Assembly: GCA_016935365.1 (NCBI GenBank)
Contig: JAFGRB010000067.1
Coordinates: 11,901-75,900 of the forward strand
Direction: 5' to 3'
Source of the DNA: Deltaproteobacteria bacterium
GTDB taxonomy: Bacteria > Myxococcota > B64-G9
Length of the DNA: 64,000 nt
This document shows, one piece after another, positions 17,884 to 25,726 of this stretch (the first letter of the stretch is position 1; every line of letters starts with the position of its first letter). Under the pieces are notes generated by a model. That model made no database searches. It was not told where the DNA came from and was given only the letters and a program-made list of their open reading frames with translations. The translations under genes and the position numbers were made by a program.

Positions 17884-18855
17884 ATGGAATCACCCCTGAT
17901 CATGGCTGTCGACCTGGGGGTCACCAACGTCAAAGCGGCCCTGGTCGACCGTCGCGGCCAGATGACGCACTACGACGAGCGCCCGACCAGAATGGAGGCG
18001 GGCACTTCCGGCGTGGCCGAGGTGCTGGTCGAGACCTGCCGCGAGATCCTCGGCAAGGCCGGTCTGAGCACCCGCGAGCTGGCCGGCGTGGGTTGCGCCG
18101 TGCCCGGCTGCGTCAGCCCGGACACCGGCGTCATCGTGGCCTCGGCCACCCCGAGCTGGATCGGCGTGGATGTGAAGCAGCCTTTGGAGCAGTCGTTCGG
18201 CCGGACGGTCAGCGTGGAGGGCGACGGCTGCGCGGCGGCCATCGCGGCCTATACCTTCGGACCGACCCGTGGCCAGGACCACCTGCTGGGCATCCACATC
18301 GGCACGGGCATCAGCTGCGGTTACCTGCCGGACGGCCGGCTGCTGCGGGGAGCTGGCCAGGCAGCGATGGAGGCGGGTCACATGCCCCTGTTCCACGAGG
18401 GGCGCTCCTGCTCCTGCGGGCACCGCGGTTGCTGGGAAGCCCATGCGGGCGGCGGCGCTCTGCGTCGGCTGCTGGTCGAGTACCGGCAGGCCGGCCACGA
18501 GATACCCGAGCTGCCCGAGGAGCTGGCCGAGCTGGCCCTGGAGGCGAACGACGAGGTCGCGGTGCGGATCTGGCAGGAGCAAGGGACGGTGCTGGGGCTG
18601 GGCGTGGCTGTGATGCTCGACATCCTCAATCCCCGGACGGTGGTTTTTTCCGGCGGCTACAGCCGGTCCTGGTCCCTGTTCAAGAAGTCCCTGCTCAAGA
18701 CCGCCCGCGAGCGCGCGCTGAGCCGCAACGCCGAGGCGGCCATCGTCTGCGCGCCCAACCCGCACCGCAGCGCCTTGCTGGGTGCTGCCGTGACCGCGGT
18801 GCGGCTCCAGGGACCGGCGGACTTTTTCGTTGACGGCTCGCATGCGGCGTCCTAG
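17884..18855 (+). CDS. ROK-family sugar kinase/regulator-like protein
   Basis: N-terminal 'MAVDLGVTNVKAALVD' (ATP-binding DxGxT). ROK zinc motif 'CSCGHRGCWEAHAGG'. ATG 17884 is preferred; GTG 17860 is an alternative start. Confidence 0.85.
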   Translation: MESPLIMAVDLGVTNVKAALVDRRGQMTHYDERPTRMEAGTSGVAEVLVETCREILGKAGLSTRELAGVGCAVPGCVSPDTGVIVASATPSWIGVDVKQPLEQSFGRTVSVEGDGCAAAIAAYTFGPTRGQDHLLGIHIGTGISCGYLPDGRLLRGAGQAAMEAGHMPLFHEGRSCSCGHRGCWEAHAGGGALRRLLVEYRQAGHEIPELPEELAELALEANDEVAVRIWQEQGTVLGLGVAVMLDILNPRTVVFSGGYSRSWSLFKKSLLKTARERALSRNAEAAIVCAPNPHRSALLGAAVTAVRLQGPADFFVDGSHAAS

Positions 18856-18918
18856 ACTCCGCTCGTTGAAGCTCGCATTCCATTCGATGACAGCATCACA
18901 GGCAGTCGAAGCGCGGCC

Positions 18919-19353
18919 ATGATCTCGACTGTAGAGAAGGTCCTCTTCCTCAAGTCCGTGGACCTGTTCTCCCAGATCCCGGGCGAGGATCTCGCCCAGG
19001 TGGCGGGAATTGCCCAGGAGATATCCTTCGAGCCGGGCGAGCTGATCATCCAGGAAGGCGAGATGGGAGACTCGTTGTACCTGCTCGTAGACGGCGAGGT
19101 CTTGGTTCACCGCCTGACCAAGGAGATCACCCGGCTCGGGCAGCGGGAGAGCTTCGGTGAGATGGCCATCCTGGACAACGAGCCGCGCAGCGCTTCTGTG
19201 AGCTCGGTCACGGACGTGACCTGCCTCAAGGTCTCGCGGGACGACTTCTACGAGCTGATGAGCGAGAAGATCGAGATCGCCCACGGCATCATCCGGGTCC
19301 TCACCCACCGGCTGCGAGACGCCAACGCCAAGCTCTCGGACCAGCCCGGCTGA
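18919..19353 (+). CDS. Stand-alone cyclic-nucleotide-binding domain protein
   Basis: 144 aa, essentially one CNB domain: 'LFLKSVDLFSQIPGEDL...GELIIQEGEMGDSLYLLVDGEV...FGEMAILDNEPRSASV'. Confidence 0.88.
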   Translation: MISTVEKVLFLKSVDLFSQIPGEDLAQVAGIAQEISFEPGELIIQEGEMGDSLYLLVDGEVLVHRLTKEITRLGQRESFGEMAILDNEPRSASVSSVTDVTCLKVSRDDFYELMSEKIEIAHGIIRVLTHRLRDANAKLSDQPG

Positions 19354-19540
19354 ATCCTCGCCGTGGTTTTTCACGCCCGGTGTCCAGATCCGGACACTCG
19401 TGTCGCCATCTCTGGGCCTGGATGACGCAGGCACTCTCTCGGGGCCGGCAGGTCTGGATGCCGACTCGAACAGCAAGACCCCGAAACTTCGAGACATTGC
19501 CACCGAGCCACCCTGGCTTGCGAGTCACTGCAGACCGGAA

Positions 19541-19561
19541 CGGGAACTGGCACGTCATTTG
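19541..19561 (+). repeat. attL core (direct repeat CGGGAACTGGCACGTCATTTG)
   Basis: Exact 21/21 match to 30790-30810, checked base by base. The flanking bases differ on both sides. Confidence 0.85.
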
Positions 19562-19584
19562 TGAAAGTGGCCTACCGTCTCTAA

Positions 19585-19622
19585 CCGGCTCCCCGCGTCG
19601 CTTTCCGGCTGCGGGGAGCCGG
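19585..19622 (+). other. Perfect 12-bp stem-loop just inside attL (terminator-like, no U-tract)
   Basis: CCGGCTCCCCGC (19585-19596) pairs with GCGGGGAGCCGG (19611-19622) across a 14-nt loop. It is followed by ATTCCCTT rather than a T-run. Confidence 0.4.
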
Positions 19623-19894
19623 ATTCCCTTGCCCAGCTTGGCTTTCCGCGTCGGCTCGTTCTGTCTCCGGGCGGCTCGCGGTGTCTCGCGAAAAGTGCTC
19701 ACGGAGAGGTCAACGGGCACGATCTGATCCCTCTCAGATCACCGAACCGACACCCCTGTCTTGACGCCCGACACCTGGGATGGATAGAGTCTGGATCCAG
19801 GGGCTAGGTACCGGGTAGCTCCCGGGGACCGAACACCGGCCATCCCAAGCCGGCGCCCCGCTCTCTCTTGGGACCGCGATGGGAGGCGGGCATC

Positions 19895-21091
19895 ATGACG
19901 GATCGAAGGACATACCAGAGACCGGAGGCGTGGGGGCCTATCGCAATCGATGCGCGCAACGAAGAGAACGTGCTGCTGCGCTTCCCTGACGGCAAAGAAT
20001 CGATCAGGCGTTTGCCAATCAGGCGAGTATCGATCGAGAATATCGATCGACAATTGGATGAGGATGATGACGCCAGGGCCCGCCGACTCGAAGCTCTGAC
20101 CATACTTGAGGGCAAGAAAAAACCAGATGTGGACACGGAGGATCTCTCAAGTGTGCCAGAGAACATTATTCCACGGTACACCGAGGCGGACCGCGCAGCA
20201 GCAAGTATCCCCTTCTGGTATCGCCTTCTCGACGTGGGCGAGTGGCGATCTGGGGCCCGCGCAGGCGAGGTAGCAAGAAAGAACCTAGCAGCCCAAGGCC
20301 TCGGTCCAACAGATGAGGAACTCAGGGATCGATTGTTCGAGATGCTTGTTGAGGGTGGTGTGTTCACTGAGCAGTTTGCATCGGTACTTGCCAAGAAACA
20401 GGATCCATGGTCAGCCTGGCAGCAAGCCCTCATGTCTCAACTCGGCCGAGATTCGATTCATGCGATCCATGATCTTGTGCTCCGGACACACGAGGTTGCC
20501 CTCAGATTGGAGCTGAGGCCGAAGGGAATTGATATCGCGCAGTACGAGGAGCTCCTCGGCAAAGAGACCAGTCGAGAGGTGGTCACAGCCACGGCAACGA
20601 CTACTGCGCAGCGAGAGGAGCAGGCCTCATCAGATGCGCGTATGCTTTTTCCGTTGCTATCAGTTTGCGAAGGCATGAGAAGATTGGATGCTGAACTTGT
20701 CTTGGCCGAGCATTACCTCAACGACGACTTCCAGCACGACGTGCTAGCCCTCCGGGCTGGTAACAGGAGTCTTGACGAGATGGCCAGGCGCTGGCCCGCG
20801 GCGTGCTGGAAGCAACACAGGCCGATTCGGGAGAGGGGCCCGGACGATCCGTTCTGGATGCCCGCCGCTCTGGCACAGAACAAGCGCCGCCGCGGGCGCG
20901 ACGTAACGCAGCCCGGCAGGTTGATGTTTGCCTATTGGATCCTCAGAACGCAACATGGGCCAGGCTTCAACATCGATAAGATCCACGGCGACGACATTGC
21001 CCGCGCCGTCCGCATTGCCAACCTGCACCACATCGATCCCTTCAAGGCGCTCTGCCGTTTTCAGGAACGAATCCGAAAGCACAGCCGATAG
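19895..21091 (+). CDS. Hypothetical protein (398 aa), orphan cargo gene of lower G+C
   Basis: ATG 19895 lies 8 nt after GGAGG (TTG 19868 in the ORF track is less likely). Amino-acid composition is diverse and I recognise no motif. Three 60-nt lines counted by hand (20041-20220) give 48-57% G+C, against clearly higher values in neighbouring genes. Confidence 0.75.
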   Translation: MTDRRTYQRPEAWGPIAIDARNEENVLLRFPDGKESIRRLPIRRVSIENIDRQLDEDDDARARRLEALTILEGKKKPDVDTEDLSSVPENIIPRYTEADRAAASIPFWYRLLDVGEWRSGARAGEVARKNLAAQGLGPTDEELRDRLFEMLVEGGVFTEQFASVLAKKQDPWSAWQQALMSQLGRDSIHAIHDLVLRTHEVALRLELRPKGIDIAQYEELLGKETSREVVTATATTTAQREEQASSDARMLFPLLSVCEGMRRLDAELVLAEHYLNDDFQHDVLALRAGNRSLDEMARRWPAACWKQHRPIRERGPDDPFWMPAALAQNKRRRGRDVTQPGRLMFAYWILRTQHGPGFNIDKIHGDDIARAVRIANLHHIDPFKALCRFQERIRKHSR

Positions 21092-21164
21092 TCCGCCGTA
21101 ATTACGCCCAGCTGCCCCCGCCCTGCATTTGCGGGCTTGGACTTGTCGCGCAGATCCCCGCACC

Positions 21165-21401
21165 ATGGAGCGCATGAAAGCGCGAGATTCATGTTCTCGG
21201 TTGGCGTTGCTGCTCCGAGCGCGGCGCCTGTCGGTCACTGAGCTGGCCCGGCGCGCAGGCGTCGCCCGGCGCGCCATTCATGCCTGGTTGAGCGGCCGCG
21301 CGCTGCCGTCGCTGCCTTCAGCTTTTGCTGTCGCCCGGGTGCTGGAAACCGACGTGACGTGGCTCTTCGGTGACGCCAGCGAGGACCGGGGCAATGGCTG
21401 A
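21165..21401 (+). CDS. XRE/Cro-CI-type HTH transcriptional regulator
   Basis: 'LSVTELARRAGVARRAIHAWLSGRALPSLPSAFAVARVL' is a classical HTH_3 pattern. ATG 21165 is preferred over GTG 21129. Confidence 0.75.
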   Translation: MERMKARDSCSRLALLLRARRLSVTELARRAGVARRAIHAWLSGRALPSLPSAFAVARVLETDVTWLFGDASEDRGNG

Positions 21402-21756
21402 AGATCGGCTCCTACCCCTCCGGGAAGCCGCTGCGCGCGTCGGGCTTACTGCCAAGAGTGTCCGTCAACGCGCCTGGCGATCGCGTGCTGGCCTGGGGGG
21501 CCCTCGGCCGCCGTTCCGGCTGCTGCACAGGGACGGGCGGATCTACGTGTCCAAGTCCGACGTTGATCGAGCCGTCGCCGAGTTGGCAGCAAAGCCAGCA
21601 AATGCAGGCCCAGAGCGGATCTCCGCAATCTTGCCGAAAGCTCTCGAGGCGATCGCCAGTGAGATCGAGGCCATCTATCCGCAAGCCGCAGATCGGCTCC
21701 GTCGGCTCGCAAGCCACGACGATCGCATCTCCCGGAGATCCACCGATGAGACCTAG
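21394..21756 (+). CDS. Excisionase/MerR-like HTH DNA-binding protein (putative Xis/AlpA-type)
   Basis: ATG 21394 overlaps the upstream stop (ATGGCTGA). 'LLPLREAAARVGLTAKSVRQRAWR...RIYVSKSDVDRAV' resembles excisionase-family HTH_17 proteins. Confidence 0.6.
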   Translation: MAEDRLLPLREAAARVGLTAKSVRQRAWRSRAGLGGPRPPFRLLHRDGRIYVSKSDVDRAVAELAAKPANAGPERISAILPKALEAIASEIEAIYPQAADRLRRLASHDDRISRRSTDET

Positions 21757-21985
21757 CGCGCGCAAACCCAAGCGGGGCGCGGGATTCCACGATCGCATAC
21801 TGGCATCGGATATGCCAGCACTCCCGGCCGAGCTGTTCGAGCTGGTTCGGGTCGTGATCCGCGATCTGCGTTCTGTCGCCGTGCAGGCCTGCGAGGACCT
21901 GGCCGCCGTCTGCTGGCGTCACAACCACCCAGGCGCCGCCTACCACGTCGGGCGCATGGCCCATCGGATCAAGGATGCAGGATGA
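21746..21985 (+). CDS. Hypothetical protein (79 aa)
   Basis: ATG 21746 overlaps the upstream gene by 11 nt, and its stop overlaps the next start (ATGA at 21982). Third-position G+C is high. No motif recognised. Confidence 0.45.
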   Translation: MRPSARKPKRGAGFHDRILASDMPALPAELFELVRVVIRDLRSVAVQACEDLAAVCWRHNHPGAAYHVGRMAHRIKDAG

Positions 21986-22704
21986 GCACCTGGCGCACCG
22001 TCATTCCGTCGGAGGTGTGGGCAATGATCGAAGAATCGGATCTGACCGGCCCGGAGGCCTTTACCCTGATCGCGCTGCGTCACTTCGCAGACGGCCAGGG
22101 GCGAGGAGCGAGGCCAAGTCACCAGCGCTTGGCGCGCATGATGAAGTTCTGCCCTCGAACGATTCGTGCCGCCATCGTAGGCCTCGAGGCAAAGGGCTTC
22201 TTGGAGAGACGCCGACACCCCGGCCGGTGTGATGAATACATCCTGCTACCCCGGCAGGGGATGCCGCGGCAGGAGATGCCGAGCGGTAAGAGCTGCCGGA
22301 CACCTCGGCAGGAGATGCCGGACACTCCGGCAGGAGCTGCCTACGATCAGGATCCAGGATCAGGATCCAGTGATCAGGATCCAGGGGTTTCGGCCAGGGA
22401 AGAAAAGGATCTGCTTTCAAGGTACAACGGCAGCAAACAGACAATCCTCTCAGCCCTGGCAGAAGTCGCAGAGACCCGGAAGAGGAGGCGCGTTGCGCCT
22501 TCGGTCCGGGTGAAGATCCTTCGCCGGCTGGACCAGTATCCCGTGGCCGCAGTGCTCGAGGGCTGCGGAATCTACACGCGCAAGCACTACGGCCGGGCAG
22601 GCAAGGCCGAGGGCTACTTGGCCGCAATCTGCCGAGGCTGCGCCCGCGAGCGCGAGGCGAAGGACGCCAGCAAGCCGCAGAAGGGGATTGAGAGATGGGT
22701 TTGA
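21982..22704 (+). CDS. Winged-helix replication-initiator-like protein (lambda O / DnaD-like N-terminus) with internal iterons
   Basis: 'FTLIALRHFADGQGRGARPSHQRLARMMKFCPRTIRAAIVGLEAKGFLERRRH' is a wHTH of the type found in phage replication initiators. The low-complexity linker 'QGMPRQEMPSGKSCRTPRQEMPDTPAGAAYDQDPGSGSSDQDPG' is encoded by the DNA repeats at 22252-22384. Confidence 0.7.
   Translation: MSTWRTVIPSEVWAMIEESDLTGPEAFTLIALRHFADGQGRGARPSHQRLARMMKFCPRTIRAAIVGLEAKGFLERRRHPGRCDEYILLPRQGMPRQEMPSGKSCRTPRQEMPDTPAGAAYDQDPGSGSSDQDPGVSAREEKDLLSRYNGSKQTILSALAEVAETRKRRRVAPSVRVKILRRLDQYPVAAVLEGCGIYTRKHYGRAGKAEGYLAAICRGCAREREAKDASKPQKGIERWV
22252..22341 (+). repeat. Four 15-bp palindromic iteron-like repeats (putative element ori)
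   Basis: CGGCAGGGGATGCCG 22252-22266; CGGCAGGAGATGCCG 22267-22281 and 22306-22320; CGGCAGGAGCTGCC 22328-22341. Each unit is itself an inverted repeat (CGGCA-N5-TGCCG). Confidence 0.6.
22345..22384 (+). repeat. Three tandem 13-bp repeats GATCAGGATCCAG (GATC/GGATCC-rich)
   Basis: Copies at 22345-22357, 22358-22370 and 22372-22384, directly downstream of the iteron block and inside the initiator gene. Confidence 0.6.
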
Positions 22705-24782
22705 CCTACGCACAGGCCGCCTTGGCCGGCATCCGGCAGGATCTCGCTGCCGCGCCCGTGGGCGAGCGCAACAGGCGGTTGAACGCCAGCGCGTACACTC
22801 TCGGCCGCTGCGTCGGCTCCAGCGAGCTTGACCGCGCCCAGGCTGAGGGCGAGTTGCTCGCCGCTGCCCAGGCCGCTGGCTTGCCCGACCTCGAGGCCAG
22901 GCGCACGATCGCGTCCGGTCTCGACGCGGGCTTGCGAAACCCCCGCTCTCCGTCGCCTGGGCACGCCAGGAGCCGCGCGAAGACCTCGACCGTGCCCGAG
23001 CCCTGCCCCGCCCCCGAGGGCGCCCCCCCGGCCTTCCAGGGTATGCGCTGGCCCGACCGCGAGCACCCGCGCAACGGCCAGCCCTTCACCCTGGGCCTGG
23101 CCGAGCTGGCCGAGCTGCTCGAGCACCCGCCGGAAGCACGCGGCAAGGACGGACAGGAGCAATGGGCCTTCGCTTCGTTCGAGAATGGGCACCGGCGCGG
23201 CTCGAATCTCCGAGCCGTCTTCGCCCTCGCCCTGGACGGCGACGCCTGCCGGGTGGGCCTCGAGATGCTTGATCGTGTCTTCGACTCCGTGTGCTGGGCT
23301 GGGCACACGAGCTGGAGCCACACCGAGCGTACCCCGCGCTGGCGCGCGGTGTTGCCGCTCTCCCGGCCGTGCTCGGCGTTCGAGGTCCGCATGCTCGCGC
23401 GATGGGCGCGGCGTCTCCTGCCGGGGCTGGACGAGCTCCCGCCGAGCCAGGCCTTCTATCTCCCGGCCCGCCGGCCGGGCTACCGCTTCCGGATCCACGA
23501 AGGCCCGCCCCTGGATGTGGATTCCCTGCTGCCCCGCCTGGCCGAATCTCGCCCCCCGCCTGATAGCCCATGGCGCCGAGAGCGGGATCTTGCCGCGCGT
23601 CGGATCGTCGCGGCTGCAATCCACGATCCCGGTCTCGTGGCCGAGCTCGACCTCGAGCCCTCCGAGCTCCCGAGTCTCGCGCTGTGCGAGGTCTACGAAT
23701 GGATCAAGCGCCGGGTCGACGCGGGCGAGCGAACCGCGTTGCTCGACGTCACAGACGGCTCGGCGCTGCCCCGGGAGACGATCGACGATCTGATCGAGAA
23801 CGTCTTTGTGGTGGCGGGCCGCACCGTGTGGCCCGAATGGGTCGAGACGCTGCGGGCAGGGAATCGGCGAGCGACGGTGATCGCTCAGATGCACCTGGCC
23901 GCAGCAGATCTCGAGCGCGCCGAGCTTACACCCGATGATGCCGTCGCCCGGCTTGCTTCCATGCCGGAGCCCGCGGATTCGGAGATCGTGTCCGTCGAGG
24001 ACTCGCTGCCTGGGTCCTTTGAGCACTTGATGAAGATCCAGGCCGGCGAGGTGCCCGGCCGCATCCCGACGGGCTTTGTCCTGCTCGACGACTACGCGCC
24101 CGGTCCGGGCCACGTTGCGATCATCGGCGCGCGTACCTCGGTAGGCAAGAGCCAGCTCGCCTTGCAGATCGCGCGCAACCTGGATGCTCCAAGCCTGTTC
24201 TGCTCGGCCGAAATGTCGATCGAGGAATGCGACTGGCGCTTGCTCGCGGCAGAGGCCCGGGTTCCCGTGGATGCTTTCCGGCGCCCTGGCGGGCTGCGAC
24301 CGGATCAGATCGAGCACCTGCGAGCGGCCCGCGAGACGATCAAGACCCTACCGATACGCTGGGCAACCATGATCCGGCCGGAGCGGATCTGCTCGGCTGC
24401 CGCGCGGCTCCAGCGCTCGCAGGGGATCAAGGTGCTGTTCGTCGACTACCTGCAACGGCTCAGCCTGCCGCGCGCCGAGAATCGCAATCTTGAGGTGCAG
24501 GCCGCAAGCCGCATGTTCAAGGACCTGGCAGCCCAGACGGGGCTTGTCGTGTATCTGCTTTCGCAGGTAAGGCGCCCGGGCAGGGATGCAGAGAAAGACC
24601 CGCCGAGGTTGTCAGACCTGCGAGACAGCGGGTCGCTTGAGCAAGACGCCGACCTGGTTGTCCTGCTGCATCGGGAGCCGTTCTCAGAGGATCTGTTCGT
24701 AGGCATCGCAAAGAACCGACACGGCCGCCGCGATGAGCTCAAGCTGAAGTTCATTGGCGGGCGGGTCGTTGACGACATGTGA
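22695..24782 (+). CDS. Primase-like domain fused to a DnaB-type replicative helicase (pri-rep)
   Basis: The N-terminal module 'ERNRRLNASAYTLGRCVG...LPDLEARRTIASGLDAG' is common in phage/plasmid primases. A central AEP-like signature is present ('ALALDGDA' DxD, 'GHTSWSHT', 'PRWRAVLPL'). The C-terminal DnaB core has Walker A 'GARTSVGKS', Walker B 'VLFVDYLQ', 'LLSQVRR' and 'LSDLRDSGSLEQDADLVVLLHR'. Confidence 0.85.
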   Translation: MGLTYAQAALAGIRQDLAAAPVGERNRRLNASAYTLGRCVGSSELDRAQAEGELLAAAQAAGLPDLEARRTIASGLDAGLRNPRSPSPGHARSRAKTSTVPEPCPAPEGAPPAFQGMRWPDREHPRNGQPFTLGLAELAELLEHPPEARGKDGQEQWAFASFENGHRRGSNLRAVFALALDGDACRVGLEMLDRVFDSVCWAGHTSWSHTERTPRWRAVLPLSRPCSAFEVRMLARWARRLLPGLDELPPSQAFYLPARRPGYRFRIHEGPPLDVDSLLPRLAESRPPPDSPWRRERDLAARRIVAAAIHDPGLVAELDLEPSELPSLALCEVYEWIKRRVDAGERTALLDVTDGSALPRETIDDLIENVFVVAGRTVWPEWVETLRAGNRRATVIAQMHLAAADLERAELTPDDAVARLASMPEPADSEIVSVEDSLPGSFEHLMKIQAGEVPGRIPTGFVLLDDYAPGPGHVAIIGARTSVGKSQLALQIARNLDAPSLFCSAEMSIEECDWRLLAAEARVPVDAFRRPGGLRPDQIEHLRAARETIKTLPIRWATMIRPERICSAAARLQRSQGIKVLFVDYLQRLSLPRAENRNLEVQAASRMFKDLAAQTGLVVYLLSQVRRPGRDAEKDPPRLSDLRDSGSLEQDADLVVLLHREPFSEDLFVGIAKNRHGRRDELKLKFIGGRVVDDM

Positions 24783-24791
24783 GGTGAGCCC

Positions 24792-25238
24792 ATGACTACC
24801 GACCCCCAGCAGCTTGCGGCCCGTGTCGAGGCCCTCGAGCATGAGCAGGCGCAAGACCGCCGCGCTGTGCTCCAGGGCGCGAGCGAATCCTTGCGCATCG
24901 CATCCATGCTCGCCGCCCTGGCCGCCCGGGCACCTGTCTTGAGGCTCGAGCTCGTGGCCGTTGCCGGCTGCGCCTGGCGGCTTGCCGATTCGCTCTCAGG
25001 CTTGGGTCTGGGTCGACTCGGAAGCGGGCAGGGCGCCGAGCAAGATCCCTGTGCGATCCCCGGTCCGACGCCGTCGCCAGAAATCCCCAGCCAGAGCGGC
25101 TTTTCGAGCGGCGAGACAGCACCGGCACTGCCAAGTCGCGCACAGCAGGCCGCCGCCGAGCTGGCCGCTCTTGCCGCTGAAGTCGACGCGCGGGCCGATG
25201 CGGTCGCCGCAGGCCTGGGATTGGAAAGCACGTCATGA
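24792..25238 (+). CDS. Hypothetical protein (148 aa)
   Basis: ATG follows GAGGTGA. The stop overlaps the next start (ATGA). The antisense 363-aa ORF is Ser/Arg-rich junk. No motif recognised. Confidence 0.55.
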   Translation: MTTDPQQLAARVEALEHEQAQDRRAVLQGASESLRIASMLAALAARAPVLRLELVAVAGCAWRLADSLSGLGLGRLGSGQGAEQDPCAIPGPTPSPEIPSQSGFSSGETAPALPSRAQQAAAELAALAAEVDARADAVAAGLGLESTS

Positions 25239-25726
25239 CGACTCACAAAACACCGAAAAGAACGAGGCGCGGCAAGGGTGAGACGCGGTTGTCGCCCAGG
25301 CGAACGGCCGCCGTTCAAAAGCAAGCGAAGGCCCTCGAGCTCAGGGCCGCGGGCAAGGGCTACGCGGAGATCGCGGCCACGTTGGGATACGCGGATCACA
25401 GCGGCGCGTTCCGCGCTGTCCAGGCTGGCCTCGACCGGGCAATGGCCGAACCCGCCGAGCACTGCCGCCGGCTCGAGCTCGACAGGCTCGATCGCCTTTG
25501 GGCCGCGCACTGGAAGCGTCGAGCGCAGATCGCGCATGCGAAGATCCTGTTGGCAATCTCAGAACGCAGAGCGCGCCTGCTCGCGCTCGACAAGCAACCG
25601 CCGAATCTTCCCGAGGGGCCTTCTGAGTTGCTCATCGCGATCCGCCGGCGCATCGAAGCCGGCGACTTCCGGGTGGCGCCCGGGCCTGCAAAGGAATTGG
25701 AGGATGGAGACGATGACGAATCATGA
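25235..25726 (+). CDS. HTH protein resembling a phage small terminase subunit (TerS-like)
   Basis: 'AKALELRAAGKGYAEIAATLGYADHSGAFRAVQAGLDRAMAEPAEHCRRLELDRLDRLWAA...AKILLAISERRARLLALDKQPP'. This is an N-terminal HTH followed by the 'LELxRLDxL...RRAxLLGLD' helix pattern I associate with siphovirus TerS proteins. The assignment is from memory. Confidence 0.6.
   Translation: MTTHKTPKRTRRGKGETRLSPRRTAAVQKQAKALELRAAGKGYAEIAATLGYADHSGAFRAVQAGLDRAMAEPAEHCRRLELDRLDRLWAAHWKRRAQIAHAKILLAISERRARLLALDKQPPNLPEGPSELLIAIRRRIEAGDFRVAPGPAKELEDGDDDES

Noticed and set aside
19440-19561. The tmRNA-like 5' end 'GGGGCCGGCAGGTCTGGATGCCGAC' just upstream of attL resembles the GGGGCUGAUUCUGGAUUCGAC start of ssrA. tmRNA genes are classic island targets.
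   Set aside because: I found no downstream tag-peptide reading frame and no pseudoknot-rich body. There is no T-arm (GGTTCGAnTCC) with a complementary acceptor 3' strand and CCA after either attL or attR. The 'GCCCCACCA' at 30861-30869 has no adjacent T-stem. The similarity is limited to about 20 nt. An ARAGORN or Infernal run is needed to exclude it definitively.
19380-19727. ORFs spanning the attL junction: 19380..19727 (+), 19301..19720 (-) and 19371..19553 (-).
   Set aside because: They cross the att core and the 12-bp hairpin. They have no RBS or motifs and poor composition. The region is more plausibly non-coding junction DNA.
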